In this document: positions 37,326 through 48,386 of the stretch, piece by piece
Numbering within the stretch: the stretch's first letter is position 1
Layout of the letters: the number at the start of each line of letters is the position of its first letter
Assembly (NCBI GenBank): GCA_008632985.1
Contig: QPGO01000220.1
Location: forward strand, 1 to 64,000
DNA: 64,000 nucleotides
Direction: 5' to 3'
Source of the DNA: Psammoneis japonica
Lineage: Eukaryota
Program-made: the position numbers and the translations under genes
The notes under the pieces: model-generated
Databases searched by the model: none
The model's input: only the letters and a program-made list of their open reading frames with translations
Told to the model about the DNA's origin: nothing

Positions 37326-38405
37326 ATGAGATTATTTGGATTCAGAACGACGCTTCTGTCGCCTCTGTTTCTGCTTCGCTCGGACGCGGTCGGGGATTGG
37401 TACGATGCATGGGGCGGGACCATACGGACCCTCGATAATGCATTTGAAGTCGACCCGAACGACAGCCGAACTATGATGCGAGGGTCGGGCAGCATCACAC
37501 TGGGCAACGGAATCTGCAAGATGTCCGCAAGCCCCCGCCTTTACATCAGCCACTCATCGGATGTGGCAGGGTGGGAGAATACCGACTTCCAGGTGTACGG
37601 AATGTTCGTCCAAGCTGGCAACCTGAAGAGCTACTCCGGCCTTACCCTGGTGACCCGGTCCAATCACGATCTGTACAGCACCGACGGCTGCGAGGCAATG
37701 GGATACTACGCAAGAATCTACTGGCAGACGGGCGAGCTGTCGTTCCAGAAGGAGTATTACCATGGGTCGGGTGGCACAGTTTACAGCCCATCGAAGAGAG
37801 TCCCGTACTTTGTCAACGGCGTCCCAATGAACACCTGGATCGGGATGAGGTTCACAGCCACAACGACCGGCTCGAACAACGACGAGGTACAGCTGAAACT
37901 TTACCTTGATGAGGTTGGCGACGGGAGCTGGGTCCTAAGACACTCGTACACCGACAAATCTGGCGAGTGGTTGAGCACAAGCTCGTCCACCGTCCCAGCA
38001 GAATGCCCACAGAGCGATGGCGACACGGTCCTGGGCCCGCGCAACGTCTGCTTTCTCCGATCCGACGGGTCGTCCGACACGGAGGTGCACTGGAAAGACG
38101 CTCTCGTCCTCAACGAGTTGGATCCATTGCCGACATCGTCCCCAGCTCCGTCGACTTCTCCGATTCCTATCGTTTGTGAAGGCATCGTGCCCAAATCGGC
38201 ATGCAACGACGCTTTCGGTGGTTCTGTGTGCAAATGGAGTGGGCACCCAAATAAAGGATCGTGTGGGCCTGTTGATGGCGGAGGTGCAGGGCCCGGACCG
38301 CCCTCGGGTTGTGGTGGAAACAATGCCCCGTGCTCCACCCCCTCGCAAAACACCGCTGATTGCTGCAGTGGCTGGTGCAAAGCAAATGGGAAGTGCAGTA
38401 AATAA
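37326..38405 (+). CDS. Putative secreted protein: beta-sandwich (lectin/polysaccharide-binding-like) domain, P/S linker, Cys-rich C-terminus
   Basis: Hydrophobic N-terminus; aromatic-rich beta strands (NTWIGMRF, VQLKLYLD, FLRSD); C-terminal C..CCSGWC....KC; start could be 37299. Confidence 0.7.
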   Translation: MRLFGFRTTLLSPLFLLRSDAVGDWYDAWGGTIRTLDNAFEVDPNDSRTMMRGSGSITLGNGICKMSASPRLYISHSSDVAGWENTDFQVYGMFVQAGNLKSYSGLTLVTRSNHDLYSTDGCEAMGYYARIYWQTGELSFQKEYYHGSGGTVYSPSKRVPYFVNGVPMNTWIGMRFTATTTGSNNDEVQLKLYLDEVGDGSWVLRHSYTDKSGEWLSTSSSTVPAECPQSDGDTVLGPRNVCFLRSDGSSDTEVHWKDALVLNELDPLPTSSPAPSTSPIPIVCEGIVPKSACNDAFGGSVCKWSGHPNKGSCGPVDGGGAGPGPPSGCGGNNAPCSTPSQNTADCCSGWCKANGKCSK

Positions 38406-38870
38406 TTCCCAGGACTGCCGGTCACCGTATCCACGAATGCTCCTCCAGGCCGGACCCTGCTACTGTCTTTAAAAAACGCGCGATGCCAATCATTCCAAAA
38501 GCGAAAAGAGGCAATTAAAACAACACCAATCTACAACATTAACATCTTTCATGCTCTGCTGACTTCGCTTGAGTCACGCTGTTGCTCTGGGCTTGCGACG
38601 TATGAAGGACCACCGCCCCACGTCCCATCGCCAAGACCTTCGTATCAAGAGGAGACTTACATTATTTTGACATTAAATCATCCCGCTTTTACGACTTAAG
38701 CGCGAAGACAGACGTGAGACGCTCGATTGTCTCGCAGAGGCTCACGGTGGAGACTGTGCGTGAGAGACGGAGCATTTTGTGCTGGTTACGCACTCTGTTG
38801 GATACGAATCATCTGTCTAAAACTCTATAGCTATAGTACTACAGTAAACGGTAGATATAGTAACTAAGTT

Positions 38871-41153
38871 TTAAAGCCCAAAGGCAACCTCCGTAGCCGT
38901 GGTTCCAAGCGTAAGCAGGTCCGACGGCGCTACGGCAATCTCAAAGGCCTTTTCTTCGAGAGCACAAATCATGTTGTCAACGGAGTCGAATTCGGAAGCC
39001 ATTTGCTCAACCTGCGCAGGGGTAAAATTTAGCGCTGGCCTCTTCTCCTGCGCATCGCCTTTGATTGCTGTTTCGATTCGCGTCTTTTGCTTTTCGTCGA
39101 GATTGGTCTGAAAGTAGAGTTCGAGCATCTTGGAAATGTCGGAAGAATCCATGTAGCCGAGATGTACCTTCTTGTCGATCCTACCAGGACGGATCAATGC
39201 CGGATCAAGCTGCTCAGGATGATTAGTAGTCACTGTAAAAGCAGAAACGAAACAGTGGTTGAGGATCATGAAATTAGTGCTCTCAGACAGCAAAGAAAAC
39301 GACAAGGAAGACGTACTGATAATGATACGTGATGGCGTATCAACAACACCATCCAAAACATTTAAAATGCCTTGTAGATTCAGGCTATCTTGCGGTTTCA
39401 ACAAACCCGCGTAAGAGCTTCGGATGCCATTTGTTTCGCCTCCTTCAGCACGTGAGGTCGATCCTGGCAAGTGAGGATTCATCAGCGCTTCCTTTAGTTC
39501 TCTCATCTCCACATACACATCTTTTGAGTTATCATACTTGGAATAGCTCACGTCTCGAGACAAGGGCCGCTTGACCAAGGGAGGAAGAGATGGCCGCTCA
39601 ATACCTAGCAATTCATCTACCAGCGCTTCGTCAATATCGGCACCGTCCTCCAAGATTCGCTTTAGTGTCTTTGCCTGAGCTCCCAAGTACTGGTCAACTG
39701 ATGCATACTCTTTCATTAGCGTCTCGGATGATTTGATGGCATCCGATAACAGGGCTTGCAGTGTTTTGTCCTCCGTTTCACCAACAAGTCCCAAGGCAGG
39801 CAATGCCATTAGGCGTTTGGTCACCGATCGGACCACTTCTGGTTTCGTCGCTTCCGACTTGAGCCTTTCCGACTTGGACATTAGAACCTTTACTAGATTC
39901 TTGCAGTCGTCATTTTCACTTTCCACCAACATGCGCCATAGCGACTTGGGTGCCGGCAAGTCAATGTGCGACGTTTGGATCACTTGCGCTGTCTTTTTGC
40001 CGTCGCGACGCTTGACAATATCAGAGACGGCATCAATGTCCTCCATCACATAAATAACATCCTTAAAGTCCATGTTAACACTTCCATCCTGGGAAGAATA
40101 GTTCTTATCAAAGAACATGGACGTGAGCTCTGCATTGGTTTTAATCTTGGCAATTGGGACATTTACAACATGGCGATCCGTGTATTCCGCAAGAGCTTTG
40201 ATAAAGGATGTCTTTCCTGTGCCCGGAGGTCCGTGGAGGAGCACGCCAAGCTTGTGTGGGTAACCTCGAATAGCGTATTTGCCTGTCTTGTCCAAGAAAT
40301 TATCGACAAGTTTCAGAATAGTCTCTTTCTCTGGAAAGAAGAGAGATCCAAACGTCTTCTCATTTGACAGCTTGAATCGCGTATACATACGATGACGACG
40401 CTGCTGACTGTTGAAATCAAAGCTATCGTCGCCTTCAAGTTCGTAATAGTATCGCGACAAGTCTTCCGACTTGCGCAGCTCGTCAACGTACCATTTGAAC
40501 GCAGTGTCCAAAAAATCGTCAATGGCGGATCCCTGAAGCGAGCGAAGACGAAAGACTTCCACTTCAACCTTCTTGTCACGGCTGCTGTCTTGATCGCCTT
40601 GTCCAGAATCATCGTCCTTAGCAGAGTTCTGCTGGTTCTCGATACTTAGCTCCACAAGGGCGGGTGGTTTGCTGTAATATCCCAGCTTGTGCCACTCATT
40701 TGCCGGTGGATTCTTCACGAGATGACACGCACTGAGAACCTTTGCCACGGTCGGATAATTGCACCTTACAGGAGATTTCGTAAGATCGACATCAGCTTTT
40801 ACCAGCTTCATGTCAACATTTGAATGGAGATAGAGACGAATCGCCTTGATCAAATCGTCGTTCTTGGTGTTACCGTCGTGATTCACCCTGTAACCATCGG
40901 CGTTGAACTGGGAACGATGAGCAATGCATCGTTCATGATAGTTAACAACGTGAACTTGTCCACACCACCAACGAGTCCAAGCCTCTTTTGTGAGCTTTGC
41001 AACTTTACCAGCAAAGCTTAGAAGGTAGTTCAGAGCAAAGGGCATCATTAGAGCCAGAATCATGTCGACCTTTGGATCGCCAGTTTTCAAGGCATTCATA
41101 ATGCCAAGGCTCTGGATGGAGCCCATGTTGATCCCATGCTGCTGGTCGTCCAT
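38871..41153 (-). CDS. BCS1-like AAA+ ATPase; one 84-nt intron (39316-39233)
   Basis: Walker A LLHGPPGTGKTS, Walker B VMEDID, LNLQGILNVLDG, spliced IIIMTTNH, LDPALIRPGRID; start codon uncertain. Confidence 0.9.
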   Translation of the reverse strand: MDDQQHGINMGSIQSLGIMNALKTGDPKVDMILALMMPFALNYLLSFAGKVAKLTKEAWTRWWCGQVHVVNYHERCIAHRSQFNADGYRVNHDGNTKNDDLIKAIRLYLHSNVDMKLVKADVDLTKSPVRCNYPTVAKVLSACHLVKNPPANEWHKLGYYSKPPALVELSIENQQNSAKDDDSGQGDQDSSRDKKVEVEVFRLRSLQGSAIDDFLDTAFKWYVDELRKSEDLSRYYYELEGDDSFDFNSQQRRHRMYTRFKLSNEKTFGSLFFPEKETILKLVDNFLDKTGKYAIRGYPHKLGVLLHGPPGTGKTSFIKALAEYTDRHVVNVPIAKIKTNAELTSMFFDKNYSSQDGSVNMDFKDVIYVMEDIDAVSDIVKRRDGKKTAQVIQTSHIDLPAPKSLWRMLVESENDDCKNLVKVLMSKSERLKSEATKPEVVRSVTKRLMALPALGLVGETEDKTLQALLSDAIKSSETLMKEYASVDQYLGAQAKTLKRILEDGADIDEALVDELLGIERPSLPPLVKRPLSRDVSYSKYDNSKDVYVEMRELKEALMNPHLPGSTSRAEGGETNGIRSSYAGLLKPQDSLNLQGILNVLDGVVDTPSRIIISTSSLSFSLLSESTNFMILNHCFVSAFTVTTNHPEQLDPALIRPGRIDKKVHLGYMDSSDISKMLELYFQTNLDEKQKTRIETAIKGDAQEKRPALNFTPAQVEQMASEFDSVDNMICALEEKAFEIAVAPSDLLTLGTTATEVAFGL

Positions 41154-41660
41154 TGTGAATGGCAGATCTGGCGAGTTCGTTCTTCTTGAGTGCGAGTCGT
41201 TTACACACATTATGAGCAATGTGGATCGCGGAGGAGGGATGACGGGCATCGACACATGCTCCAATTTAGTTGTCCCGCAGTGTTCGCGGATCACTTTGAA
41301 CTTCGCGGATGAGTTCGAGGATGAGTTCGAGCATCTTATCATCACCACCCAACGAAACAAAAGCGATCTCTCACAAACGAGGCTTTTCAATGATATTCAA
41401 TCCCATGGTGGCCAAATGATCTAAAAGAAGACATACCAGGCATAACCTTACCGGTACAGTACTCGTGAACGCCATCGTGAACAAGGTCGAATCAAATAAT
41501 CATCATTCATCATCCAGAGAATTGAGAGCCACCCGGCGCGGCATGCACCCAGCCGCAACGGCACCCGTTGCTGACAAGATAGACAACACGTCACCTCCCC
41601 CTGTTCAGGGATGCTTTTTGCAAAAGCGATCAACGCTTAAGTAGAGTCGTGAACCACGAC

Positions 41661-41744
41661 TACCCCAGAAAATGCCAGGTTTACCCCAGAAAATGCCAGG
41701 TTCACCCCAGAAAATACCAGGTTTACCCAAGAAAATACTAGGTA
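41661..41744. repeat. 21-bp minisatellite, 4 copies
   Basis: TACCCCAGAAAATGCCAGGTT x2, CACCCCAGAAAATACCAGGTT, TACCCAAGAAAATACTAGGTA. Confidence 0.95.
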
Positions 41745-42380
41745 GAACGTTCGCAAAACCGTTCATCGTCATCGCAACGTTACCCCCTTGCAGCGACAAT
41801 AGTGCGCTTTCGCACGCCCTCTGTTTGACGCATTGTTGTTAGGAGCTCAAACTGTGAAAACAAGACATCCTTTCATTCATTCATTCATTCGTTTTCATTC
41901 ACACCGGCACATGCGTGCCGTGCCGTATGGCACATGCACAATGGACGATGAGGAGGCGGCGCGGGAAGGCAGAAAGCAGGCAGTGCAACAGCAGGCCCCA
42001 CTTACCACTGTACTGCACCTGCCAAGCGAAGGGCCCTGCCGGCACTGTAGGGCCCTACTGGTAGTCTCTACTGGTAGGAACCTACGGTGTGTTCGTCGTC
42101 GTGCGTCAAATTCAACACATTGAACACATCCGGGGCGTTTTGATGCATTTTTGCGCTCTCAACGCGCGAGAGTCGTTGAGGGAATGCGGCACTTTTGTCC
42201 GGCAGAAAGTCACACGAACACTCCTGTCCATCGATCAAAATCGTCGCGACCTGCAGTCGCCACATTTTTGATGCCTCGTGTCGTCAGGAACAAACGGCTT
42301 TTGTGCTTGTCCCATCATTCCTCATTCACTCATTTTATTTTGCAATTACACAAAACGCACTCCTCAACATACCGGTAACA

Positions 42381-44936
42381 ATGAGAAGTATACGACGGCC
42401 TTTCACGATGTTGCTCGCTTCTTGCATGCAATTGCTATTGGCAGTTGATTACGCTGACGCCTTTTCCATGTCTACACCTCCAGCCGCCTTTGGAGTACGC
42501 TCGTTGTCTTTGGCGGATCACAAAACAAGTCTTGCAGCGGCAACCACCACCACGGTCAGCACGGAAACTTCTTTGAGAAACAAGTTTCAGAGCGCCGTCT
42601 ATAGTGATAAACCCATTGTACTGCTTGGATGTTCTGGAGCGGGCGGTGAGCTCCATCGTCTCGCACAGTCACTGCAAGCAGAAATGGGCAACAACAGCAA
42701 CGAAGCAGACGCAATTTCTGTAGCAGGAATCACGTCGGACGGAACATTCAATGTCGAGAAGGATGACTTGCTCCAGTATGTCGAAAACCAACAAAGTCAA
42801 GTTCCCAATGTGATTGTTCTTGATTTTAATGACGATTACTTTGCCATGAATGACGGAAAGCATGCGACGAAACTATCGAGTCACTATGCCGACTTGGCGG
42901 AAGCCTTGTACGAGGACGCTGGGTTGCTTTCAATTTATGTTAATGTTCATCCTCAAGATGGCAAGATGAACAAGGAGGTATCGGGAAGAAAGAATAGCTT
43001 GGAAGACGACGTCTTTGTCAAGTATTCTGATTATGAGCTGTGCATCAAGGACGAGGGCATGTCGGACCAAGAAAGTGATGATGATTGGTTGCACATTGAA
43101 TGGGAATTACGTCGTATTGTCGCTCGCGCACAGCTTGCTCCGGCCATACCGGGAGGTGAAAACAGCTCCGTCAACAATCCTGCCCTCACCATGGGAAAGC
43201 ACACCTTTTTCTTGTCTCTTTCCTTTCCGGATATCACCGAGGTGAAACCGTACGTGCAAGAAATGTGTCGCGATGTCGATGCTATGGAGTATCGTGCCGA
43301 TTTGCTGGATTGTCGGGATAGTCGATTCGACTCGATTTATGGACAACAGCAGCTTCGCAAGTATTGTCGTCCGCACGCCAAGCGATCGCCGGGTCTGCCT
43401 TTTAAGGGAATGGTCATTGACGATGCCTTGCCCATTGTTTATACGGTTCGAACGCAGCACCAAGCTGGAACCTATCCAGATGACAAAGAGGGAATCGAGA
43501 AAATGTTTCAAATGCTGGAGTGGGGATTGCGATCCGGAGTGGAAGTGCTGGACGTTGAGAGCGCGTGGGACGAAAAGCTCACAGACGAGTTGTTGACACT
43601 TGCCGAAGAGAGGTATTCTACTCAGATTTTGGGAAGCCACCATGTTGTCGGAGAGGAGGTGGAAATAGAAGAAGCCGTCAAAATCTTCCAGCAGTGTGCT
43701 ATTGGTGGACGGGCTCATGGTGCCAAGGTGGTGTTGAGTATTGACAGCGACGAAAATGACAGAATGGCGTACGATGCGGCATCGATTGCCTCCAGTTTGG
43801 CAGCAAGAGACGGAAAGCCAGTCATTCCGAGCGTGTCTCTTATTCTTGATGATAAGGGAAAGTACTCGCGAGTCCTCAACTTTGCATTTACTCCCGTGAC
43901 GCACGAATCATTACCCTTCAAGGCGGCACCGGGCCAAATGACGTCGAGCGAAATCATGACGACACGGCTCTTGATGCAGATCTTTCAACCAATGCGATAT
44001 TGCATATTGGGACACAACATTGCCTATTCGGTTAGTCCACAAATGCAAGGGGCCGCATTTGCTGCAGCAAGGTTGCCTCACGAGTACTACCTTGCCGATG
44101 TTGAAACGGTGCAAGAGTTTGTCGAATCAGACTTTTTCAAAGCGGACGATTTTGGAGGTTGCAGTGTCACCATTCCTCATAAACAGGCCATCATTCCCTA
44201 TGTGGATATCATGAGTGACGCCGCTTCCACGATTGGTAGCGTCAACACTCTAGTCGTCAAGGAAGAATTCCAAGATGACGAAATGAAACGAGTCATTTAC
44301 GGCGATAACACGGATTGGAGAGGAATATACAATCCTCTACAGCGCAAACTCGGAGGAAAGCAGTCATCAGAAGATTACGCATTGATTGTCGGGGCGGGAG
44401 GAACAGCAAGAGCAGCGGCCTATGCGGCCGAGAAGCTCGGACTGAAAAGAATATACTACAATAGAACTCCAGAGAAAGCTGCCGAATTGGCGGATTCTTT
44501 TGGGGGCGATGTGGTAACAAGCATTGAGTCTTCCAGCGAGGATGGAAAGAATCTTGGGGATATTCTAAAGGATGGGTCTCTTCGAGTGGTGATTAGCACG
44601 TTGCCAGCTGGCGCAGGCTTTGTGCTTCCGGACTGGATTGTATCGGACATGAAACCGATTGTGTTTGATGTGAACTACAAGCCATACAACACAGACTTGC
44701 TTTTGCAGTCAGAAGATGCCGGGTGTCAGGTAGTACGCGGCTCCGAAATGCTGTGGGAACAGGGTGTTGGCCAGTTTGAGCTGTGGACGGAACGAACAGC
44801 CCCGTACAAAGTGATGAAAGACGCCGTTCTCGAAAACTGCATCCCAAAGGAAGAGGAAGAAAGCGACGAGGATATTGAGGAGAAAGAAGTGCAAGTAGAA
44901 GTTGTAGCGGAGCCGCAAGTTGCGGCAAAGGACTAG
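42381..44936 (+). CDS. Plastid-targeted bifunctional type I 3-dehydroquinate dehydratase / shikimate dehydrogenase (partial AROM-like)
   Basis: Bipartite-type signal ending ADAF; E.R.D, YTVRT..QAG, AAPGQ (DHQase I); [39 protein letters not shown] (SDH). Confidence 0.92.
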   Translation: MRSIRRPFTMLLASCMQLLLAVDYADAFSMSTPPAAFGVRSLSLADHKTSLAAATTTTVSTETSLRNKFQSAVYSDKPIVLLGCSGAGGELHRLAQSLQAEMGNNSNEADAISVAGITSDGTFNVEKDDLLQYVENQQSQVPNVIVLDFNDDYFAMNDGKHATKLSSHYADLAEALYEDAGLLSIYVNVHPQDGKMNKEVSGRKNSLEDDVFVKYSDYELCIKDEGMSDQESDDDWLHIEWELRRIVARAQLAPAIPGGENSSVNNPALTMGKHTFFLSLSFPDITEVKPYVQEMCRDVDAMEYRADLLDCRDSRFDSIYGQQQLRKYCRPHAKRSPGLPFKGMVIDDALPIVYTVRTQHQAGTYPDDKEGIEKMFQMLEWGLRSGVEVLDVESAWDEKLTDELLTLAEERYSTQILGSHHVVGEEVEIEEAVKIFQQCAIGGRAHGAKVVLSIDSDENDRMAYDAASIASSLAARDGKPVIPSVSLILDDKGKYSRVLNFAFTPVTHESLPFKAAPGQMTSSEIMTTRLLMQIFQPMRYCILGHNIAYSVSPQMQGAAFAAARLPHEYYLADVETVQEFVESDFFKADDFGGCSVTIPHKQAIIPYVDIMSDAASTIGSVNTLVVKEEFQDDEMKRVIYGDNTDWRGIYNPLQRKLGGKQSSEDYALIVGAGGTARAAAYAAEKLGLKRIYYNRTPEKAAELADSFGGDVVTSIESSSEDGKNLGDILKDGSLRVVISTLPAGAGFVLPDWIVSDMKPIVFDVNYKPYNTDLLLQSEDAGCQVVRGSEMLWEQGVGQFELWTERTAPYKVMKDAVLENCIPKEEEESDEDIEEKEVQVEVVAEPQVAAKD

Positions 44937-45629
44937 AACCTTCACGGGCTTTTCAAGTGTATAACTTTATAGAGTTGATTTTTGTTTGCCTCCGTGTGAT
45001 ATCGCAGCTCATAACATGAAAAGCTTGATAAAGGAACTTTAAAACACCGCATTTGAGGAACACGGTTATCCCGAATTCGAAAAGTGGGTTTCTGTTTCAA
45101 CGTACGACATTCGTTAGTTTTTGACGGAGAAGGTATTGTTGGAGACGCACGGAGCTTCGAATGTACATGATAGAAGTAGATTTAGGAAGCTTCCCGCTCT
45201 CTCCATCCAGAAATGAAGTCATGGGGGGGATGCGGCACAAGACGGCGTACATAGGCCCTAATTAGTTGAAAGTGCAGTGCCTACTAGTGCGCAATAGGCG
45301 CTCTTAGGAGCGGGCGACTACGGTGATACTCTACGCGTATGGTGCGCTATTTGTCGTCATTTTCCCTCTGGCTTCGCTCTCTAGAGGTCATTGATGCTCC
45401 TGGTTTAAAAATGTAGGATCATTGTCCACGGAAACGACGTAACATTAGTACCCAAAAGGATACGCAAACGCACAACATACTGCGAGACTGCAACCATTGA
45501 TGTGTAAAAGCTCCAGAAATAACCTCGCACGTTTTCCGAACAATAGTTGCACAAACACATGTGTAATTTCTTTGCATTCTTCCATATCGTCGATCAAAAG
45601 TGCTTGAGCTGCAGCAAAGTAGCTTGACT

Positions 45630-46442
45630 TTAGCGGAAACGAAGGTTTCTCGCTGTTGAATGAGTAGCTACCATCACTTGTAATCGCTCCAAACAAACTT
45701 GAATGAGCCGAACAATAGATTCATGACACATGGTAGACTGACCCCCACTTCTTATAATGGCATATTCTTCTAGCACCCAATTTTCAAGCTCATCCAATGT
45801 AACCCATTTGTAATTGGAAACCTCGTCATCAAACTCGAGCCTTAAGTCTTGTGCGGCGGAGTTCAGTTGCACCAACCAAGTGTACAGGAATTGCCGATCG
45901 ATTCGATCTCCCATTTCTTGGTAATAAAAGAGTGGATTCACCGTGAGTGGCTTATAGAAACGAATCTCTCGAATCATGTTTGGCCCAAGCTCTTCGAGCA
46001 TGCCCCGTTTTGCGGTTTCCAACGGAGATTCATTTCCAATAGAGTGTTCTCCAATCATCATCCACGCATTGGGACAGGTTTTTAACTGTGGACCACGTTT
46101 GACCATTAGAATTCGTAAATCTTTATCCATCACAAATTGGGACGTGCCCATATGATATTGACCGGTTCGGTGAACCAAATCAATGTCCATGAAGTTTTGA
46201 TGTCGGGGAACAAAGGATTCATCAACATTGACCTCTTGCAGAAATTCAGGAATATTTGCATTCGGACGCAAATCGTAGACAAGCATCATATCAGGCTGTG
46301 TTTGAATGTGGTTTCGTGGCAAGGACGGGCTGATTTGGAGGGCGGTGTAACAACCGTTCAAAACAACCATGAAAATCAAAGCGCAAATTCCAGCTAGAAT
46401 GCGATTTGGTTTTCGCTTTTGGCGCCTCCTCCTGGTAATCAT
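45630..46442 (-). CDS. NUDIX hydrolase (IPP-isomerase-like) with N-terminal membrane anchor
   Basis: KR....KTCPNAW, GE....NESPLETAKRGMLEELG Nudix box, EVSNYKWVTLDEL. Confidence 0.8.
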   Translation of the reverse strand: MITRRRRQKRKPNRILAGICALIFMVVLNGCYTALQISPSLPRNHIQTQPDMMLVYDLRPNANIPEFLQEVNVDESFVPRHQNFMDIDLVHRTGQYHMGTSQFVMDKDLRILMVKRGPQLKTCPNAWMMIGEHSIGNESPLETAKRGMLEELGPNMIREIRFYKPLTVNPLFYYQEMGDRIDRQFLYTWLVQLNSAAQDLRLEFDDEVSNYKWVTLDELENWVLEEYAIIRSGGQSTMCHESIVRLIQVCLERLQVMVATHSTARNLRFR

Positions 46443-46959
46443 TTTATTAAGAGCACTCGTGTATTGTGTACTTGTAGGGGCGCCACTTCAGATAAATTAT
46501 TGCGTTATCCGCCAACAACCGTGGGCCTGGAACGAGAGAGATTGACGAGCAGGCACAATTATTGGAAAATGCGTTGTTGCCGGATTTCAATTTCAGAGAT
46601 TGTATTGGCGGATTGGAATGACCCGCCCCTTCCGTTGAGTCTTGCATGAGGTGTCCAAAGCATTCCGTGCTTAACAAAAAATTAACGGTCAAGACTCAGG
46701 CAGTTAGTAGAGCTGCCGAATGAAAGCCAAAAAATGGATCAAATAAGTTCAACAAGTTGCGTGTTGTGTGTTGTGTTTCAGTGGATTTGTTGTAAACAAT
46801 TTGTGCTGTCGCGGTCTTCAATGGACCCAGTGACCCAGTCCTTAAGGCCAATACAAATAAGCCAAAATGAAAAAGGCCCGCTTTGAAGACGACACGAGAT
46901 CACGCAACTCCGCAGAAAAGCGAAATGCTGTGTGAGTGCGTGAGTGGGTGTCTCGCCAC

Positions 46960-47600
46960 GGATGTTGCGGATTCCACAACGTCCATAACGTTAGGTTGCG
47001 GAATCCGTAACGGAACGAATTGTTAAAATCCGTAACAGTTACGGAATCCGCAACGAAACGCAATGTTGGAGAAGCCTCATCCTTGATGGAAGGTTTCCGC
47101 AATGTCCATTCCGTAACGTTACGGTGCGGAATCCGTAACGAAGCGCAATGTTTGAGAAATCTCATCCTCGAAAGAAGGCTTGAAAGATTTCGGAAATCGA
47201 GTCCGCAATGTTTGAGGAACACTGTCCTTGATAGAAGGTTTCCCCAACGTCCATTCCGTGACGTTGCATTGCGGAATCCGCAACGAAACGCATTGTTTGA
47301 GAAATGACATCCTCGATAGAAGGCTTGAAACATTTCGGAAATCCAGTCCGCCATGATTGAGAAACCCCATCCTCTATGGAAGGTTTCCACAACGTCCATT
47401 CCGTAACGTCCTGGAAAGATTTCCGCAACGAATCGTTAGGGAATCCGTAACGAAATGCAATGATTGAGAAACCTCATCCTCGATGGAAGGTTTCCACAAC
47501 GTCCATTCCGTAACGTAACAGAATCCGTAACGAAACGCAATGTTTGAGAAATCTCATCCTCGAAGTAAGGCTTGTAACGTTTCGGAAATCGAGTCCGCTC
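46960..47600. repeat. Complex CpG-rich tandem repeat (sub-units GGAATCCGTAACGAAACGCAATG, CATCCTCGATGGAAGGTTTCC, CGTCCATTCCGTAACG)
   Basis: Sub-units recur several times over about 640 bp. Confidence 0.9.
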
Positions 47601-48038
47601 GCACATGAGTTTGAGCGATCATAGCCACAAAAAACGAAAAGCATTCAGGATTATTTTCAAGATGCCACTGAAGATGCATTGGAAACGGCAGCAAAGGGCA
47701 AAGGATAATGTGTCAATAGGGCCTCTCTGTAAAGTCGAGAAGCTGAGAGATGTCCAGCTAGGAAACTTTGCTCGTGTCGGAAAGCCCGTGCAAGGACAAA
47801 GAGTTGGGACTCTGCGTGGTGCCAGGGATCTCTACTAGAGTCATGCTAATGTACCTACCAGGTAGAGAATAATGTCCCACTCTTCTAATGCTTGTAAGAC
47901 GACGCAACGTGGCACACACCCAAAAAAGAATACCGAGCCATTAAGAAGTATGGCTATACTATTCTGTACCTGCTAAAGCAATAGGTTTGTTTCTCGGTTT
48001 CGACTTTCTTATAATTCTCATTAGAACATCTACAAGTC

Positions 48039-48386
48039 TTATCCCTCTACATTTTCCGTTTGAAGTCCCTTGAAAGAACTCACTTCGACCAATTGCGCCA
48101 GCGTGTAGAGTGTTTCATCCGCTTCTTCATCTTCATTCCGCTTACGGCTCAGACGGACCCGCACCCGCGTGGGTGGATTCTTGATTCCGGTTGCCCAAAT
48201 GTGCTTGTTGAGACGAGCATCAATACGAACATCCTTGGTACCCATGGCTTTTTCGGCAAATTTACGAATCTCCTTAATGGCACGAGGAGCACGCTTTTTG
48301 AATTGTTGCTTGTGAATGCGTTTGGAAAGGTGAATGGTGTAATCCCGAGTCACCAAATCGGGTTTTTTGGCTCCGTCCTTGGGCAT
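48039..48386 (-). CDS. RPL31: 60S ribosomal protein L31 (eL31)
   Basis: [54 protein letters not shown]. Confidence 0.97.
   Translation of the reverse strand: MPKDGAKKPDLVTRDYTIHLSKRIHKQQFKKRAPRAIKEIRKFAEKAMGTKDVRIDARLNKHIWATGIKNPPTRVRVRLSRKRNEDEEADETLYTLAQLVEVSSFKGLQTENVEG

Noticed and set aside
41840..42060. Possibly TA-eroded intergenic stretch (ccggcacatgcgtgccgtgccg)
   Set aside because: Too short and no second copy in the window to polarise changes.
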